Assembly: GCA_018992685.1 (NCBI GenBank)
Contig: JACVGT010000001.1
Span: 1 to 64,000 of the forward strand
Length of the DNA: 64,000 nucleotides
From: Theionarchaea archaeon
GTDB lineage: Archaea; Methanobacteriota_B; Thermococci; Methanofastidiosales; SZ-28-30
Direction of reading: 5' to 3'
In this document: piece after piece, positions 10,283 to 20,571 of the stretch
Layout of the letters: each line of letters opens with the position of its first letter
Numbering within the stretch: the stretch's first letter is position 1
Notes under the pieces: model-generated
Databases searched by the model: none
What the model was told of the DNA's origin: nothing
What the model saw: the letters and a program-made list of their open reading frames with translations, nothing else
Program-made: the position numbers and the translations under genes

Positions 10283-10627
10283 GTGGTAAGCATCAGCATG
10301 GTAAAATTGCTGAAGGACACCATGACCCTAAAAGAAATCAAGGCTCTCGATGTATACAAAGAAGTGATAGGGTTCATGGCAGTTAACGGATACTACCTTA
10401 ATCAGTCAGTGGAACCAGTTAAGATTGTGGGAAAGAAAAAGGTTGAAGCAGGAGAAGGAATTCTGGACTCTCTTTTGAGTTCCTACAAATCGGCAGAATT
10501 GCATGTGGGGTTATGGCAGCGGGGCACAGATTTGACTGTTGTACTTGATTTCACCAAAGAAGCTGCATCTGATGCAGATACCATAAAAGGAATTCTATTA
10601 CATCGGTTTGGTCAGGAAAAAACCTGA
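10283..10627 (+). CDS. hypothetical protein
   Basis: 114-aa ORF after TATA-like TTTTAA at ~10271; start may be ATG 10298. Confidence 0.6.
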   Translation: MVSISMVKLLKDTMTLKEIKALDVYKEVIGFMAVNGYYLNQSVEPVKIVGKKKVEAGEGILDSLLSSYKSAELHVGLWQRGTDLTVVLDFTKEAASDADTIKGILLHRFGQEKT

Positions 10628-10655
10628 ATCCGGCTGAATAGGGCCCCTTTCTGTC

Positions 10656-11255
10656 ATGTCTATCCATGAAGCAACTGATGATCTGCGGTATCTTCTAAAC
10701 CGTGGATACAGGAAATCCTATGCTCTCACCGTTGTGTGTAACCACTACCAGCTTCACAATAAAGATCGTCATTTCTTGGCCCGCACCGTCTTCTCAGATC
10801 AAGAGGCCCAGTCAATCAGACAGAAGAATATCCCCTTGGAACGTATACGGGGAAAGGATATTGCCCTCGACGGATACAATGTACTCATATCTACTGAGGC
10901 TGTTCTGACCGGTGACACACTTATTTGTGATGATTCAGTGGTCAGAGACATCAAAGGTGTCTTCGGGAAATACACCATAACAGAACTCACCTATCAAGCA
11001 CTTCAAGAAATCTTTACCGTCCTTATCCATTATTCACCCCATATGGCAACGTTCTATTTCGACCAGCAGGTACCCCATTCCGGCGACCTCTGTTCTTTCG
11101 TGAGAACGCACTTCCCCTGCACCGCCACAAAGCACGTGGACCTGGTCCTAGCACAGTTGAACCTCATTACAGCCACCTCAGATTCAATACTCATCAGAAA
11201 GCTAGACCACTTCATTGACATTCCTTTTGAGATTCTGCTTTCCAAACCCTTATAA
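10656..11255 (+). CDS. DUF434 family protein (PIN/Mut7-like)
   Basis: DLRYLLNRGY, IALDGYNVLI, DDSVVRD and ATSDS. Confidence 0.8.
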   Translation: MSIHEATDDLRYLLNRGYRKSYALTVVCNHYQLHNKDRHFLARTVFSDQEAQSIRQKNIPLERIRGKDIALDGYNVLISTEAVLTGDTLICDDSVVRDIKGVFGKYTITELTYQALQEIFTVLIHYSPHMATFYFDQQVPHSGDLCSFVRTHFPCTATKHVDLVLAQLNLITATSDSILIRKLDHFIDIPFEILLSKPL

Positions 11256-11277
11256 ATGTCGAACCATACACTAAAAC

Positions 11278-11979
11278 ATGGTAGAAATTGTAGAAAAAGA
11301 ACCAATCAACATTGAAGGCGGTACGGCAATTGAAGCATTCCCCGGAGTTGGACTGGTAGGGCACATTGCGGGCAGTTACATGATTAGCGCTTTGGACATG
11401 AAGCTCGTTGGATATATCAATTCAGATAGCCTTCCCCCCGTTTCCATTGTGTACGAAGGGGACATTATACCACCACTTCGCCTGTATCTTCATAAGAACA
11501 TCATCCTCTTCATCTCTGACATCCCTCTGCCACCTGAATCAGTGCATGAGATTACCAGAGAGATCTCCGGATTCCTGAAGGAGAAAAAGGTGGGGAAATC
11601 ACTCTCTCTGGCCGGAATTGGAACAGGAAAACAGGGAGAAAAAGTATATGCAGCAGCCACGGACAAGAAGCTACTGGAAGCATTGAAAATCGAGCCGCTG
11701 CAGTTGGGCAGTATTGTGGGAGCTTCAGGTTCTCTGTTGCTGGAGTGCAAGAAGCTGGGCATTCCTGGCGTTGGGCTTCTGGCCGAGACTATTGGGAATG
11801 TGCCTGATCCCCGGGCCTCTGCAAACCTTGTGACACACCTGGGAAACATACTTGGATTGAAGATAGATGTGGGGCCTCTTTTGGAAGAAGCAGAAGCAGT
11901 AGAGGAACGGTTTGAACAAATGATGGAAAATATGCGACAGAAAGAAGAAGCAGGGGAGTACGTCCCCATGTACAGGTGA
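11278..11979 (+). CDS. proteasome assembly chaperone PAC2 family (PbaA/PbaB-like)
   Basis: FPGVGLVGHIA, PDPRAS and C-terminal MYR (HbYX). Confidence 0.9.
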   Translation: MVEIVEKEPINIEGGTAIEAFPGVGLVGHIAGSYMISALDMKLVGYINSDSLPPVSIVYEGDIIPPLRLYLHKNIILFISDIPLPPESVHEITREISGFLKEKKVGKSLSLAGIGTGKQGEKVYAAATDKKLLEALKIEPLQLGSIVGASGSLLLECKKLGIPGVGLLAETIGNVPDPRASANLVTHLGNILGLKIDVGPLLEEAEAVEERFEQMMENMRQKEEAGEYVPMYR

Positions 11980-11983
11980 GAGC

Positions 11984-12415
11984 ATGGCCCGCGTAACATT
12001 TTTATCGGAACACATCGGCAGGATTATGTTCATCAGGACTGACAGCATGCCTGCAATAGCCGGCATTTCAAACAAGGTATATGACCTGCTTTTCCAGAGA
12101 TCGCTGCTTTCCTTGGAGATTAAGAGTGCTGACAATGTCAGCTCCCTCCTGTCTGCAGAAGAAGGAGTCAGCCTCTTCTTAACCCCTGTGTTAAGAGAGG
12201 ACATGCTGCCGAAAGCGGAAGGAATGATCTGTGAACTGAAGGACAAGAAGGTCACGCTCCAGAAAGTGAAAAAATGGGACGAAGCTGAAATCGTTGCGGT
12301 GCGGATTCAGGTCAAACCCCTGTGTACTGGAAGGATCAAGACAGTGGAAAGGCACCATCTGGGAGGAGGAGTGGACGTAGGAGTGGAGCGAGCAGTCCGC
12401 TGTTCCATCAGTTGA
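11984..12415 (+). CDS. hypothetical protein
   Basis: 143-aa ORF in operon position after AGGTGAG RBS. Confidence 0.55.
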   Translation: MARVTFLSEHIGRIMFIRTDSMPAIAGISNKVYDLLFQRSLLSLEIKSADNVSSLLSAEEGVSLFLTPVLREDMLPKAEGMICELKDKKVTLQKVKKWDEAEIVAVRIQVKPLCTGRIKTVERHHLGGGVDVGVERAVRCSIS

Positions 12416-12429
12416 ACGTGACTGGTACC

Positions 12430-12852
12430 ATGTCAATCTCTCTTGTCCCCATTGGTGTCGTTAGAAATGGTGTAACTGAGAGACCACTCTCTTGGAAAGA
12501 CATTGTCTCAGAAATCCATGTCAGGAAGGACCTGCAGGAAGGCCTGATGGATCTGGAGGAATTCTCTCATGTGTTGGTGGTGTTCTATCTGCACCTCTCG
12601 ATGTCGTTTCGCCTAAAGGTGCATCCCAGGGGAGATGAATCGCTGCCTGCCGTTGGAGTGTTTGGGACAAGGGCACCTGTACGCCCGAATCCCCTGGGAG
12701 TCACTGTGGTCGAGTTACTCTCACTCAAGGAAAACGTCCTGACAGTGAAAGAGCTGGATGCATTTGATGAAACGCCTGTGCTTGACATCAAGCCACACTT
12801 CGCTACGCCAGACCCTTCGAGACTTCCATCATGGGCTGAGAGGACCAGGTAA
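12430..12852 (+). CDS. tsaA: TsaA/TrmO tRNA methyltransferase family
   Basis: PIGVV, GVFGTRAPVRPNPLG and TPVLDIKP. Confidence 0.9.
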   Translation: MSISLVPIGVVRNGVTERPLSWKDIVSEIHVRKDLQEGLMDLEEFSHVLVVFYLHLSMSFRLKVHPRGDESLPAVGVFGTRAPVRPNPLGVTVVELLSLKENVLTVKELDAFDETPVLDIKPHFATPDPSRLPSWAERTR

Positions 12853-12935
12853 AGAACAGACCATACTCCCAGACCACTGGGAATACAATCAAAAAGCTGG
12901 GATTCTTTGCCACCCAAGAATGAGAAGAAGAGTGA

Positions 12936-13115
12936 TTACTTCCATATTCTGTTTATCAGTGATTTTCGTTCTTCTTTTGACTCGAAATACTCACATTCAA
13001 TGTGTCTTGCCAGGTAATAGGCGTCATGCACTTCACAATATTTCACGTTTTCCCTTCTGTACAGGGAATCCTCGCGGTCAATAAAGTGGATACACTCTCC
13101 ACATCTATGTGGCAT
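12936..13115 (-). CDS. 59-aa Cys-containing small protein, probable Zn/Fe binder (missed by the ORF track)
   Basis: MPHRCGECIHFIDREDSLYRRENVKYCEVHDAYYLARHIECEYFESKEERKSLINRIWK; TTTAAATA box ~22 nt upstream, consistent with a leaderless transcript. Confidence 0.65.
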   Translation of the reverse strand: MPHRCGECIHFIDREDSLYRRENVKYCEVHDAYYLARHIECEYFESKEERKSLINRIWK

Positions 13116-13146
13116 ATAGGTAGAGAGGAGAGTTTCTATTTAAAGA

Positions 13147-13325
13147 TTGTCCCTATCTGCTGCTACAGGATCACCGCATGCTGGCGGTTTACCTGCTGAC
13201 AGGATCTGTGTCACCCCGATTATGTGCATGGTGTATGCGATACCCACAGCGGATAGACAGAATTGAGCCAGGTACGTCAACCACTATGTCCCTTAGCGTG
13301 TTTACGAGTGACGTACCCAGCACGT
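13147..13325 (-). ncRNA. candidate structured non-coding RNA, family unassigned
   Basis: Minus-strand TTTTATAT box at ~13343-13350; 12-bp stem CTGGGTACGTCA/TGACGTACCTGG whose G-U pairs work only on this strand; second long stem 13235-13257 with 13152-13179, followed by ACA. Confidence 0.4.
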
Positions 13326-13604
13326 TCCCCCACACACAAGATATATAAAAATCTTTGCCTGTGTACTGCATGTGGGCGACAAAGAAGGATTCGGGCTTTA
13401 TCTTGAAAATTAGCCACGAGGCAATGAGCCTAAAATGGGGATTCTACCATCATCCACTGCAGAGAGGAATAGCTCCAAAGGGGTAATACGAGGGGACGGA
13501 TGTTCTGAGGTGCTCAACGTCACCTACGCTCCGGTGAAAGGGCATCACCTCTCCTACAGGGGGCTGCAGATAGAGGATTTCCGGGAGATTTCGATTTGGG
13601 AATC

Positions 13605-13764
13605 CGAAACCTTTATAAAGAAGAACCAGTGTAAAAATACAGGCTCGCTTCTATGCGATAATTCGGCGTTGAACAGTAGTTGAAAAAGCATTCAGTTATG
13701 TTGGAATGGGGTTAGCTTCATTCCAATTTCTGAAAATCATCACCTCTGGTTGGAGGCTATCCAC
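13605..13764 (+). promoter_or_regulatory. promoter and structured 5' leader of the L3 operon
   Basis: CGAAACCTTTATAAA BRE/TATA; stem TTGGAATG(13701-13708)/CATTCCAA(13719-13726) flanked by TTCAG/CTGAA; GGAGG RBS. Confidence 0.55.
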
Positions 13765-14769
13765 ATGACTAATTTCAAGCACCGCAGACCAAGACGAGGC
13801 TCCCTTGGCTACTCTCCCCGAAAACGGGCCAAGAAGCTTGTGCCAAGGGTTTCAGCCTGGAAAGACACAGGAGAAGCAAAACTCCTAGATTATCCTGGTT
13901 ACAAGGCAGGAATGACCCATGCCTACAAGATAGATGACCGTCCCCATGCTCTGAGCAAGGGGAAAGAAGTACTGGTTCCTGCCACTGTGATTGAAACTCC
14001 ACCTGTGTATGTATTTGGCATTAGAGGGTACAAGAAGACATCCAGTGGGCTACAGGCGATAGGAGAAGTGTGGAGCGATAATGGTCACTCTCACCTGGGT
14101 AAAAGACTGGTCCTGAACAAGAAAAAAGGTAAATCAAAGAGCAAGAAAAAGAAAGTCGATTTCTCCGGGGCAGATGATATTCGATTGCTCGTTTGCACCC
14201 AGCCTCACCTCATCCACCTCAAGAAGAATCCTGACATCATGGAGTGCGGTATAGGGGGGAAAGATACAACTTCCAAACTTGAATTTGCTGAAGGAGTCCT
14301 GGGTAAGGAAATCACGGTAGATCAGGTATTCGGAGAAGGAGACTTCGTTGACGTTGTCAGCGTTACCAAAGGAAAGGGTACCCAGGGCGTCATCAAGCGG
14401 TGGGGTGTGAAAATCCAGGATCGAAAGACAGATGATGCTCGACGGCATGTGGGCTGTATTGGTCCATGGAAGCCCCATAAAACCCTGTGGAGAGTACCAT
14501 TTTCTGGTCAGATGGGCAATCACACAAGGACTGCCCTGAACAAGCGGTTACTGAAGATGGGCTCTGTCCAGGACGATGATGTTACTCCAAAAGGAGGATT
14601 TATCAACTACGGGATTTTGAGAACCAGCTATGTACTGGTGAAGGGGAGTGTAGCAGGTCCTTCCAAGAGAATCGTGAGAATGCGGCAGGCCATCAGGCCG
14701 CCCCGGCATCTACCTCCAGGAAAACCAGTGATTACTCATGTTTCATTATCCAGCAAGCAGGGTGTGTAA
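13765..14769 (+). CDS. rpl3: 50S ribosomal protein uL3
   Basis: RPRRGSLGYSPRKRA, GYKAGMTH and TKGKGTQGVIKRWG. Confidence 0.97.
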   Translation: MTNFKHRRPRRGSLGYSPRKRAKKLVPRVSAWKDTGEAKLLDYPGYKAGMTHAYKIDDRPHALSKGKEVLVPATVIETPPVYVFGIRGYKKTSSGLQAIGEVWSDNGHSHLGKRLVLNKKKGKSKSKKKKVDFSGADDIRLLVCTQPHLIHLKKNPDIMECGIGGKDTTSKLEFAEGVLGKEITVDQVFGEGDFVDVVSVTKGKGTQGVIKRWGVKIQDRKTDDARRHVGCIGPWKPHKTLWRVPFSGQMGNHTRTALNKRLLKMGSVQDDDVTPKGGFINYGILRTSYVLVKGSVAGPSKRIVRMRQAIRPPRHLPPGKPVITHVSLSSKQGV

Positions 14770-15525
14770 ATGAAAGCGACTGTGTATTCAATTGAGGGCG
14801 AACCGTCAGGGAAGATAGAACTCCCATCCATCTTTGAGACAGAACACAGACCTGATCTCATCAAGAGGGCAGTTCTCTCCAGCATCAGTAACAGAATTCA
14901 GCCCAGGGGAACAAGTCCTCTGGCGGGAAAACGACGTGTTGTCCACTACATGGGGACCAACAGAGGAATCTCCCGGACACCGCGGACGGCTTCTGGAGGA
15001 AGAAGGGCAGCCTTCGTTCCTCAGGCAGTGGGGGGGCGCATAGCTCACCCTCCTAAAGTGGAAAAAATCCAGGCCGAGAAAATTAACAGGAAAGAGAAGA
15101 AACTGGCCCTTCGTTCAGCTGTCGCAATGTCTGCAGATTCTGACGTTGTGAGAAGGCGTGGCCACAGAATTGATGATGTGAAAGAGATTCCCCTGATTGT
15201 AGAAGATTCACTGGAGGATCTGGAACAAACCAAAGAAATCAGGGAGGTATTCGAAGCTCTGGGAGCATTGAAAGACGTTGAGCGAGCCCAGAATCGAAAA
15301 ATAAGAGCAGGTAAAGGTAAGATGAGAGGAAGAAAATACAAGAAAAAGAAAGGACCCCTGCTGGTGGTCACCAGACCGCTACGAAGTGCTCGGAACCTGC
15401 CGGGAGTGGATGTGGTAACAGTGGATAACCTGGGACCAGAACACTTGGCACCCGGAACGCACCCCGGGCGGTTTGTGATCTGGACCAAGTCAGCAATTGA
15501 GAACCTGGAGAGGATTGCATGGTAG
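14770..15525 (+). CDS. rpl4: 50S ribosomal protein uL4
   Basis: [18 protein letters not shown] and [10 protein letters not shown]. Confidence 0.97.
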   Translation: MKATVYSIEGEPSGKIELPSIFETEHRPDLIKRAVLSSISNRIQPRGTSPLAGKRRVVHYMGTNRGISRTPRTASGGRRAAFVPQAVGGRIAHPPKVEKIQAEKINRKEKKLALRSAVAMSADSDVVRRRGHRIDDVKEIPLIVEDSLEDLEQTKEIREVFEALGALKDVERAQNRKIRAGKGKMRGRKYKKKKGPLLVVTRPLRSARNLPGVDVVTVDNLGPEHLAPGTHPGRFVIWTKSAIENLERIAW

Positions 15526-15782
15526 ACCCGTACAGTATTGTAAGTCATCCCCTGGTAACTGAACAGACGGTTGCCTCCATGGACAGAGATAATGTCCTGG
15601 TATTCATTGTGAAGAGAACAGCGTCCAAGAGTGAGATCAAAAAGGCTATAGAGGAACTCTATGAGGTGGAACTGGTGTCAGTGAATACGCTGGTCCTGCT
15701 TGATGGAAGAAAGAAGGCCTACGTGAAACTGAGAGAGGAGTACCTGGCTGACGAAGTGGCTACCAAGATAGGAGTATTTTAG
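15519..15782 (+). CDS. rpl23: 50S ribosomal protein uL23
   Basis: PLVTE, NVLVFIV and KKAYVKL. Confidence 0.96.
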   Translation: MVDPYSIVSHPLVTEQTVASMDRDNVLVFIVKRTASKSEIKKAIEELYEVELVSVNTLVLLDGRKKAYVKLREEYLADEVATKIGVF

Positions 15783-15790
15783 GTGATACT

Positions 15791-16489
15791 ATGGGAAAGA
15801 GACTGATTCAGCAGGCCCGGGGAAAAGGATCTACCAAGTACAGAGCACCCAGCCACCGGTATAAATACTCGGTAAAGTACCCTGTCCGGCCCTGCAAAGG
15901 AGTTGTGCGAGCGCTGATCAATGATCCTGCTCACACTGCCGTCATTGCCAAGGTGGTATATGAAGGTGGACAGAAAGGATTCTTACTGGCTCCTGAGGGA
16001 TTGTGTGTGAACCAGAAAATCTCTGTGGGAGGTGAAGATGTGTCCCCTGGAAATGTACTGCAGTTAGGATCGATACCAGAAGGGACTCTGGTGTATAACC
16101 TTGAAAAACAGCAGTTTGACGGGGGAAAACTTGTGCGGTCATCTGGTACTTATGCGACGATCATTTCTCATGAAGATGGAAAAACAGTGGTCCAGCTCCC
16201 TTCAAAGCAGATGAAGACCTTCCCTTCCACAGCACGAGCGACGGTGGGAGTGGCCTCAGGAGGGGGAAGGACAGAAAAGCCCATGCTGAAATCGGGAAAG
16301 CGATTCCACATGCTGCAGAGCAAGGCACGCTCATATCTGAGAGTTTCTGGAGTGAGCATGAATGTGGTGGACCATCCTTTTGGTGGTGGACAGCACGACA
16401 TCAAAGGACGACCCATGACAGTGTCCAAGAACGCTTCCCCGGGAAGAAAGGTGGGTTTGATTAAAGCCAAAAGAACCGGGAGGAAGTAA
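15791..16489 (+). CDS. rpl2: 50S ribosomal protein uL2
   Basis: [24 protein letters not shown] and PGRKVG. Confidence 0.97.
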   Translation: MGKRLIQQARGKGSTKYRAPSHRYKYSVKYPVRPCKGVVRALINDPAHTAVIAKVVYEGGQKGFLLAPEGLCVNQKISVGGEDVSPGNVLQLGSIPEGTLVYNLEKQQFDGGKLVRSSGTYATIISHEDGKTVVQLPSKQMKTFPSTARATVGVASGGGRTEKPMLKSGKRFHMLQSKARSYLRVSGVSMNVVDHPFGGGQHDIKGRPMTVSKNASPGRKVGLIKAKRTGRK

Positions 16490-16491
16490 GT

Positions 16492-16899
16492 ATGGCAAAG
16501 AAAGAATTCACGTACAGAGGCATACCTGTGGAAGAACTCCGGAAAATGCCTATGGATAAGTTTATCTCGTTGCTGCCCTCGAGGCAGAGGAGATCATTGA
16601 AGAAAGGACTTCCTCCAGAGAAGAGAAAGCTTCTGTTGCGGCTACGAAAGGCAAAGGAAGCAGCGAAAGATGGTGAAAATGTCATTGTACGCACCCACTG
16701 CAGAGACATGATTGTCCTGCCTGAAATGGTGGGATTGACGGTGGGTATATACAATGGGAAGGAATTCAAAGTCGTGGAGATTAAGCCGGAAATGGTGGGA
16801 CATTTTTTCGGTGAGTTTGCGTTGACTCGCCGGAAGGTTGTCCATTCAGCTCCGGGTATTGGTGCAACCAAGTCTTCAATGTACGTACCTTTGAAGTAA
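16492..16899 (+). CDS. rps19: 30S ribosomal protein uS19
   Basis: [15 protein letters not shown] and GIGATKSS. Confidence 0.97.
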   Translation: MAKKEFTYRGIPVEELRKMPMDKFISLLPSRQRRSLKKGLPPEKRKLLLRLRKAKEAAKDGENVIVRTHCRDMIVLPEMVGLTVGIYNGKEFKVVEIKPEMVGHFFGEFALTRRKVVHSAPGIGATKSSMYVPLK

Positions 16900-16908
16900 G
16901 GTGTAACT

Positions 16909-17367
16909 ATGGGATACTCACGAACAATTAATCAGGAAGAAGAATCCAAGATTGCAAGAGTGTGCGGACGGAATCTGAGGATCTCCCCCAAGCACTCTGT
17001 TGAGATAGCCCGGACTATCAAAGGGATGAGGGTTGATCAGGCAAAAGCATATCTGGAGCAAGTCCAGAGGAAAAAAGCAGCAGTCCCTTTCAGACGACAC
17101 AAGAAGAAAGTGGGACACAAGAGTCTATTCAAGTGGTATGCAGGACGTTATCCTGTAAAGGCTTCCAGCCACTTCTACCGGCTTCTAAAAGAAGCAGAAG
17201 CCAATGCTGAGTACAAGGGATTGGACAGCGAACGGTTGAGGATTATCCACGCTTCTGCCTACAAAGGAAGAGTGTATCAAGGATATATTCCCCGTGCCTA
17301 CGGTAGATCAAGTCCTTACAACCATGAAACAACAAACGTAGAACTAATTGTGGAAGAGGTGGGTTAA
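16909..17367 (+). CDS. rpl22: 50S ribosomal protein uL22
   Basis: ISPKHSVEI, GRYPVKA and PRAYGR. Confidence 0.97.
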   Translation: MGYSRTINQEEESKIARVCGRNLRISPKHSVEIARTIKGMRVDQAKAYLEQVQRKKAAVPFRRHKKKVGHKSLFKWYAGRYPVKASSHFYRLLKEAEANAEYKGLDSERLRIIHASAYKGRVYQGYIPRAYGRSSPYNHETTNVELIVEEVG

Positions 17368-18003
17368 ATGGCAATTGAACGACGATTCATTGAGGAAAAT
17401 GTCAAAAATGCAACGCTAAACGAGTATCTGGCCAGTTCTCTGGACCGTGCTGGATATGGTGGCATGGACCTAAAGCGCAGTCCTTTGGGAACCCGCATCA
17501 TTGTCAGGATTGAGAGACCAGGACTGGTAATCGGCAGGAAGGGAAAAAATATCAAGCGGCTCACTGAGAGGGTTGAGAGTGATTTCGGCATGGAGAACCC
17601 CCAGATTGAAGTAGAGGAAATCGGTAAACCGGAACTGAATGCAAATGTCATGGCGGGGAAGATTGCAGACTCGTTGGTGAAAGGAGTGAACTTCAGACGG
17701 GCAGCATACGGCGCTCTGAGGAGAATGATGGAAGCAGGCGCCAGAGGTGTTGAGATTGTCATTTCAGGAAAGATAACAGGCGGGAGATCCCGGTCAGTAC
17801 GGTTTGCAGATGGATACCTTAAGAAGTGTGGAGCCCCTGCCATTGAACAGGTTTCCCATGGGTATGCAGTAGCCAAGAAGAAGGTAGGAGTCCTGGGCGT
17901 TACCGTACAGATCATGCCTCCCGACGTGGTACTCCCTGACGAGATTGAGTTTATTGAAGAAGAAAATGCAGGAGAAGAATCTGAAGAACAGGAGGAGACA
18001 TAA
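17368..18003 (+). CDS. rps3: 30S ribosomal protein uS3
   Basis: KH domain RPGLVIGRKG and GVEIVISGK. Confidence 0.97.
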   Translation: MAIERRFIEENVKNATLNEYLASSLDRAGYGGMDLKRSPLGTRIIVRIERPGLVIGRKGKNIKRLTERVESDFGMENPQIEVEEIGKPELNANVMAGKIADSLVKGVNFRRAAYGALRRMMEAGARGVEIVISGKITGGRSRSVRFADGYLKKCGAPAIEQVSHGYAVAKKKVGVLGVTVQIMPPDVVLPDEIEFIEEENAGEESEEQEET

Positions 18004-18222
18004 GTGGCAATATTGAGAGCAGAAAGTATTCGGGATATGTCCTTTGAGGAAATGAAAGAAAAGAGGCGGGAACTACGAGCAGAATACTCCAAGGAACATG
18101 CGCTCCTGGCCACGGGTACTGCTCCTGAAAATCCGGGAAGGATACGAGCTTTGAGACGCACCATAGCTCGGTTGAATACCTTAATTTACCAGAGGGAGGA
18201 AGAAGAGAGGTTGAATAAATGA
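18004..18222 (+). CDS. rpl29: 50S ribosomal protein uL29
   Basis: [14 protein letters not shown]. Confidence 0.95.
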   Translation: MAILRAESIRDMSFEEMKEKRRELRAEYSKEHALLATGTAPENPGRIRALRRTIARLNTLIYQREEEERLNK

Positions 18223-18527
18223 GTGAGATATGTTCAGTCTGCGGCTTGCCCAAGGAGCTGTGTGTATGCGAAGAGATTGCCATGGAAGAACAGCACATCC
18301 AGATATATACAACACGAAGGCGGTTCGGCAAGCTCATGACGATAATTGACGGGATTAACCGGAAGGACATCGATCTCAAAGACCTGAGCAGTCAGCTCAA
18401 AACTAAATGCGCCTGTGGTGGTACAGTGAAAGACGGGAGAATCGAACTGCAAGGAGACCAGAAAAATAGAGTGTTTGATATTCTGGTCAAGACAGGATAC
18501 AGTGAAGACATGATCGACGTCAGATGA
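18219..18527 (+). CDS. translation initiation factor aIF1 (SUI1)
   Basis: [19 protein letters not shown] and IELQGD. Confidence 0.95.
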   Translation: MSEICSVCGLPKELCVCEEIAMEEQHIQIYTTRRRFGKLMTIIDGINRKDIDLKDLSSQLKTKCACGGTVKDGRIELQGDQKNRVFDILVKTGYSEDMIDVR

Positions 18528-18754
18528 CCTACAGAACCATGATAATCGGGAAGGAGCTTGAAGTTGTATTCAGTACGAACCCCACAGATCTCCACTGCAG
18601 GGGAACTGTGGTGGATGAAACACAGAACATGATTCAGATCGAGAATGAGAAGCTCAAGTGGCTTATCAAGAAGAATGTGGTTGTCCTGCTGGATGGACGC
18701 ATGATTGACGGAAGAGAACTCATAGGACGACCTGAAGACAGAATGAAAAGGTGA
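18524..18754 (+). CDS. rnp1: RNase P protein component 1 (Rpp29/Pop4)
   Basis: GTVVDETQN and GRPEDR; conserved operon position. Confidence 0.9.
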   Translation: MTYRTMIIGKELEVVFSTNPTDLHCRGTVVDETQNMIQIENEKLKWLIKKNVVVLLDGRMIDGRELIGRPEDRMKR

Positions 18755-18758
18755 GAAA

Positions 18759-19049
18759 ATGGCAAAGAAGAAATGCACTGACGCAAATTGCCCTATTCAC
18801 GGGACCCTGAGTACGCGGGGACAAGTACTGGAAGGTGAGGTTGTATCAGACAAGATGCAGTCCACCATCGTGGTACGAAGGGATTACGTCAGGTATGTTC
18901 CCAAGTATGAACGGTACAAGAAATGCAGTTCCCGTATTCCTGCTCACAATCCCCCCTGCATTGCAGCGAAAATTGGAGATACGGTGAGAATAGCTGAATG
19001 CAGACCCTTATCCAAGACCAAGCACTTCGTTGTGACGGAGGTGATGTGA
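18759..19049 (+). CDS. rps17: 30S ribosomal protein uS17
   Basis: CPIHG, KYERY and ECRPLSKTK. Confidence 0.97.
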   Translation: MAKKKCTDANCPIHGTLSTRGQVLEGEVVSDKMQSTIVVRRDYVRYVPKYERYKKCSSRIPAHNPPCIAAKIGDTVRIAECRPLSKTKHFVVTEVM

Positions 19050-19474
19050 TGGGGAAGAAAGGTGCAGGAGCCACCAGGGGACGGTCCCTGGCCAGACCTA
19101 CGAGGGCTCTCACTACTGGTTCTCGCCTGGTGTGTGCTGATAATACTGGGGCAAAAGAACTGGAAATCGTCTCAGTGAGGGAATACCATGGAGTCCTGAG
19201 AAGATATCCCAAGGCGGGCGTGGGTGACATGGTTATGGCTTCTGTGAAAAAAGGGCGTCCTGACGTCAGGAAGAAAGTGGTCAATGCCGTAATTGTCAGA
19301 CAGAAGAAGGAATACAGACGGGCATCAGGAATCAGAATAAAATTCGAAGACAATGCAGCCGTCATTACTGGAGAAGATGGGGTCCCCACGGGTACAGAAA
19401 TCAGGGGCCCAGTAGCAAAAGAAGCTGTGGAAAAGTGGGTCAGACTTTCCAGTGCAGCAAATATCGTGGTGTAA
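19049..19474 (+). CDS. rpl14: 50S ribosomal protein uL14
   Basis: CADNTGAK and FEDNAAV; start set at ATG 19049. Confidence 0.97.
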   Translation: MGKKGAGATRGRSLARPTRALTTGSRLVCADNTGAKELEIVSVREYHGVLRRYPKAGVGDMVMASVKKGRPDVRKKVVNAVIVRQKKEYRRASGIRIKFEDNAAVITGEDGVPTGTEIRGPVAKEAVEKWVRLSSAANIVV

Positions 19475-19477
19475 CCT

Positions 19478-19870
19478 ATGAACAGGAAAACGCAACCCAA
19501 GCCGAGCTACAGGATAAAGTCCAAGCATCCCCGGAGGCAGAGAAAAGTATTATATACTGCCCCTGCGCACAGAAGACGCAGAATGATGACCGCACCTCTC
19601 TCTAAGGATCTCCAGAACCGATATGGTGTAAAAAGGCTTCCAGTTAAACTCAAAGACAAGGTGCTGGTGGCTCGCGGGGATTTTGCCTACACCGAGGGAG
19701 AAGTCGTCGAGGTAGATTTGAAAAGAATGCGTATTCACATCGATGGAGTCACCATTGAAAAAGCAGATGGGACTGAACGCTACTACGCCGTACACCCCTC
19801 AAAGGTAGTCATTACTGATCTCAATTTGAAAGATGACAGGCGTTCCAGGATCATAGAGAGAAAGGTGTAA
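19478..19870 (+). CDS. rpl24: 50S ribosomal protein uL24
   Basis: PRRQRK..APAH and VHPSKVVI. Confidence 0.96.
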   Translation: MNRKTQPKPSYRIKSKHPRRQRKVLYTAPAHRRRRMMTAPLSKDLQNRYGVKRLPVKLKDKVLVARGDFAYTEGEVVEVDLKRMRIHIDGVTIEKADGTERYYAVHPSKVVITDLNLKDDRRSRIIERKV

Positions 19871-19872
19871 CC

Positions 19873-20571
19873 ATGGCGAGAAAAGGACAGAAGAAAGGAT
19901 TGAAGAGAACAAAAGCTCCCAGAGGATGGCCCATTGCCAGAAAGAGGATGAAGTGGACCATCAACCCTCACTCGGGTCCTCACAACAGAGAAGCACTCCC
20001 CCTGGCATTTATCCTCAGAGATTATCTTGGGTATGCTCGTACACTGAGAGAATCAAAGCGCATTCTCAATGAACGTAGAGTGAAAATAAATGGTAAAGTG
20101 AGAACAGACTTTAAGTTCCCGGTGGGGATTCTGGATGTTGTGGAAATACCCTTGACCAACGAGTGCTACAGGGTGCTTCCCAACCAGAAAGGAGCCTTTA
20201 TTCTGCACCCGATAACGGGTGAAGAACGGCACATGAGACTCTTGAAGATTACCGGGAAAAGGCTGGGGAAAAGCCAGAAAATCCAGCTGGGATTCCACGA
20301 TGGCACGTCTCTGCATGTAGACAGGAAGGAGTATGCTACCTTCGGAACACTGCTCTACGATTTCGAATCACAGAGTATTGCTGAGTATTTCCCCTTTGCC
20401 ACAGGCAGTTATGCTATGATAACTGCTGGAAGGAACGTTTCCAGAACAGGAAAGATCACATCGGTGCGAGACAAACTGGTGGAAATCCAGGGAGAAGAAG
20501 TGTTCAGAACGCTGAGAGACTATATTTTCGTTCTGGGTACAAAACAGAGTGCCATATCACTGGGTGATTAA
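19873..20571 (+). CDS. rps4e: 30S ribosomal protein eS4
   Basis: LKRTKAP, GPH and DFKFPVG. Confidence 0.96.
   Translation: MARKGQKKGLKRTKAPRGWPIARKRMKWTINPHSGPHNREALPLAFILRDYLGYARTLRESKRILNERRVKINGKVRTDFKFPVGILDVVEIPLTNECYRVLPNQKGAFILHPITGEERHMRLLKITGKRLGKSQKIQLGFHDGTSLHVDRKEYATFGTLLYDFESQSIAEYFPFATGSYAMITAGRNVSRTGKITSVRDKLVEIQGEEVFRTLRDYIFVLGTKQSAISLGD

Noticed and set aside
13147-13600. RNase P RNA, SRP RNA or a known riboswitch
   Set aside because: No P4 GAGGAAAGUCC/CGGCUUA pair in the right order and no SRP helix-8 motif found by eye.
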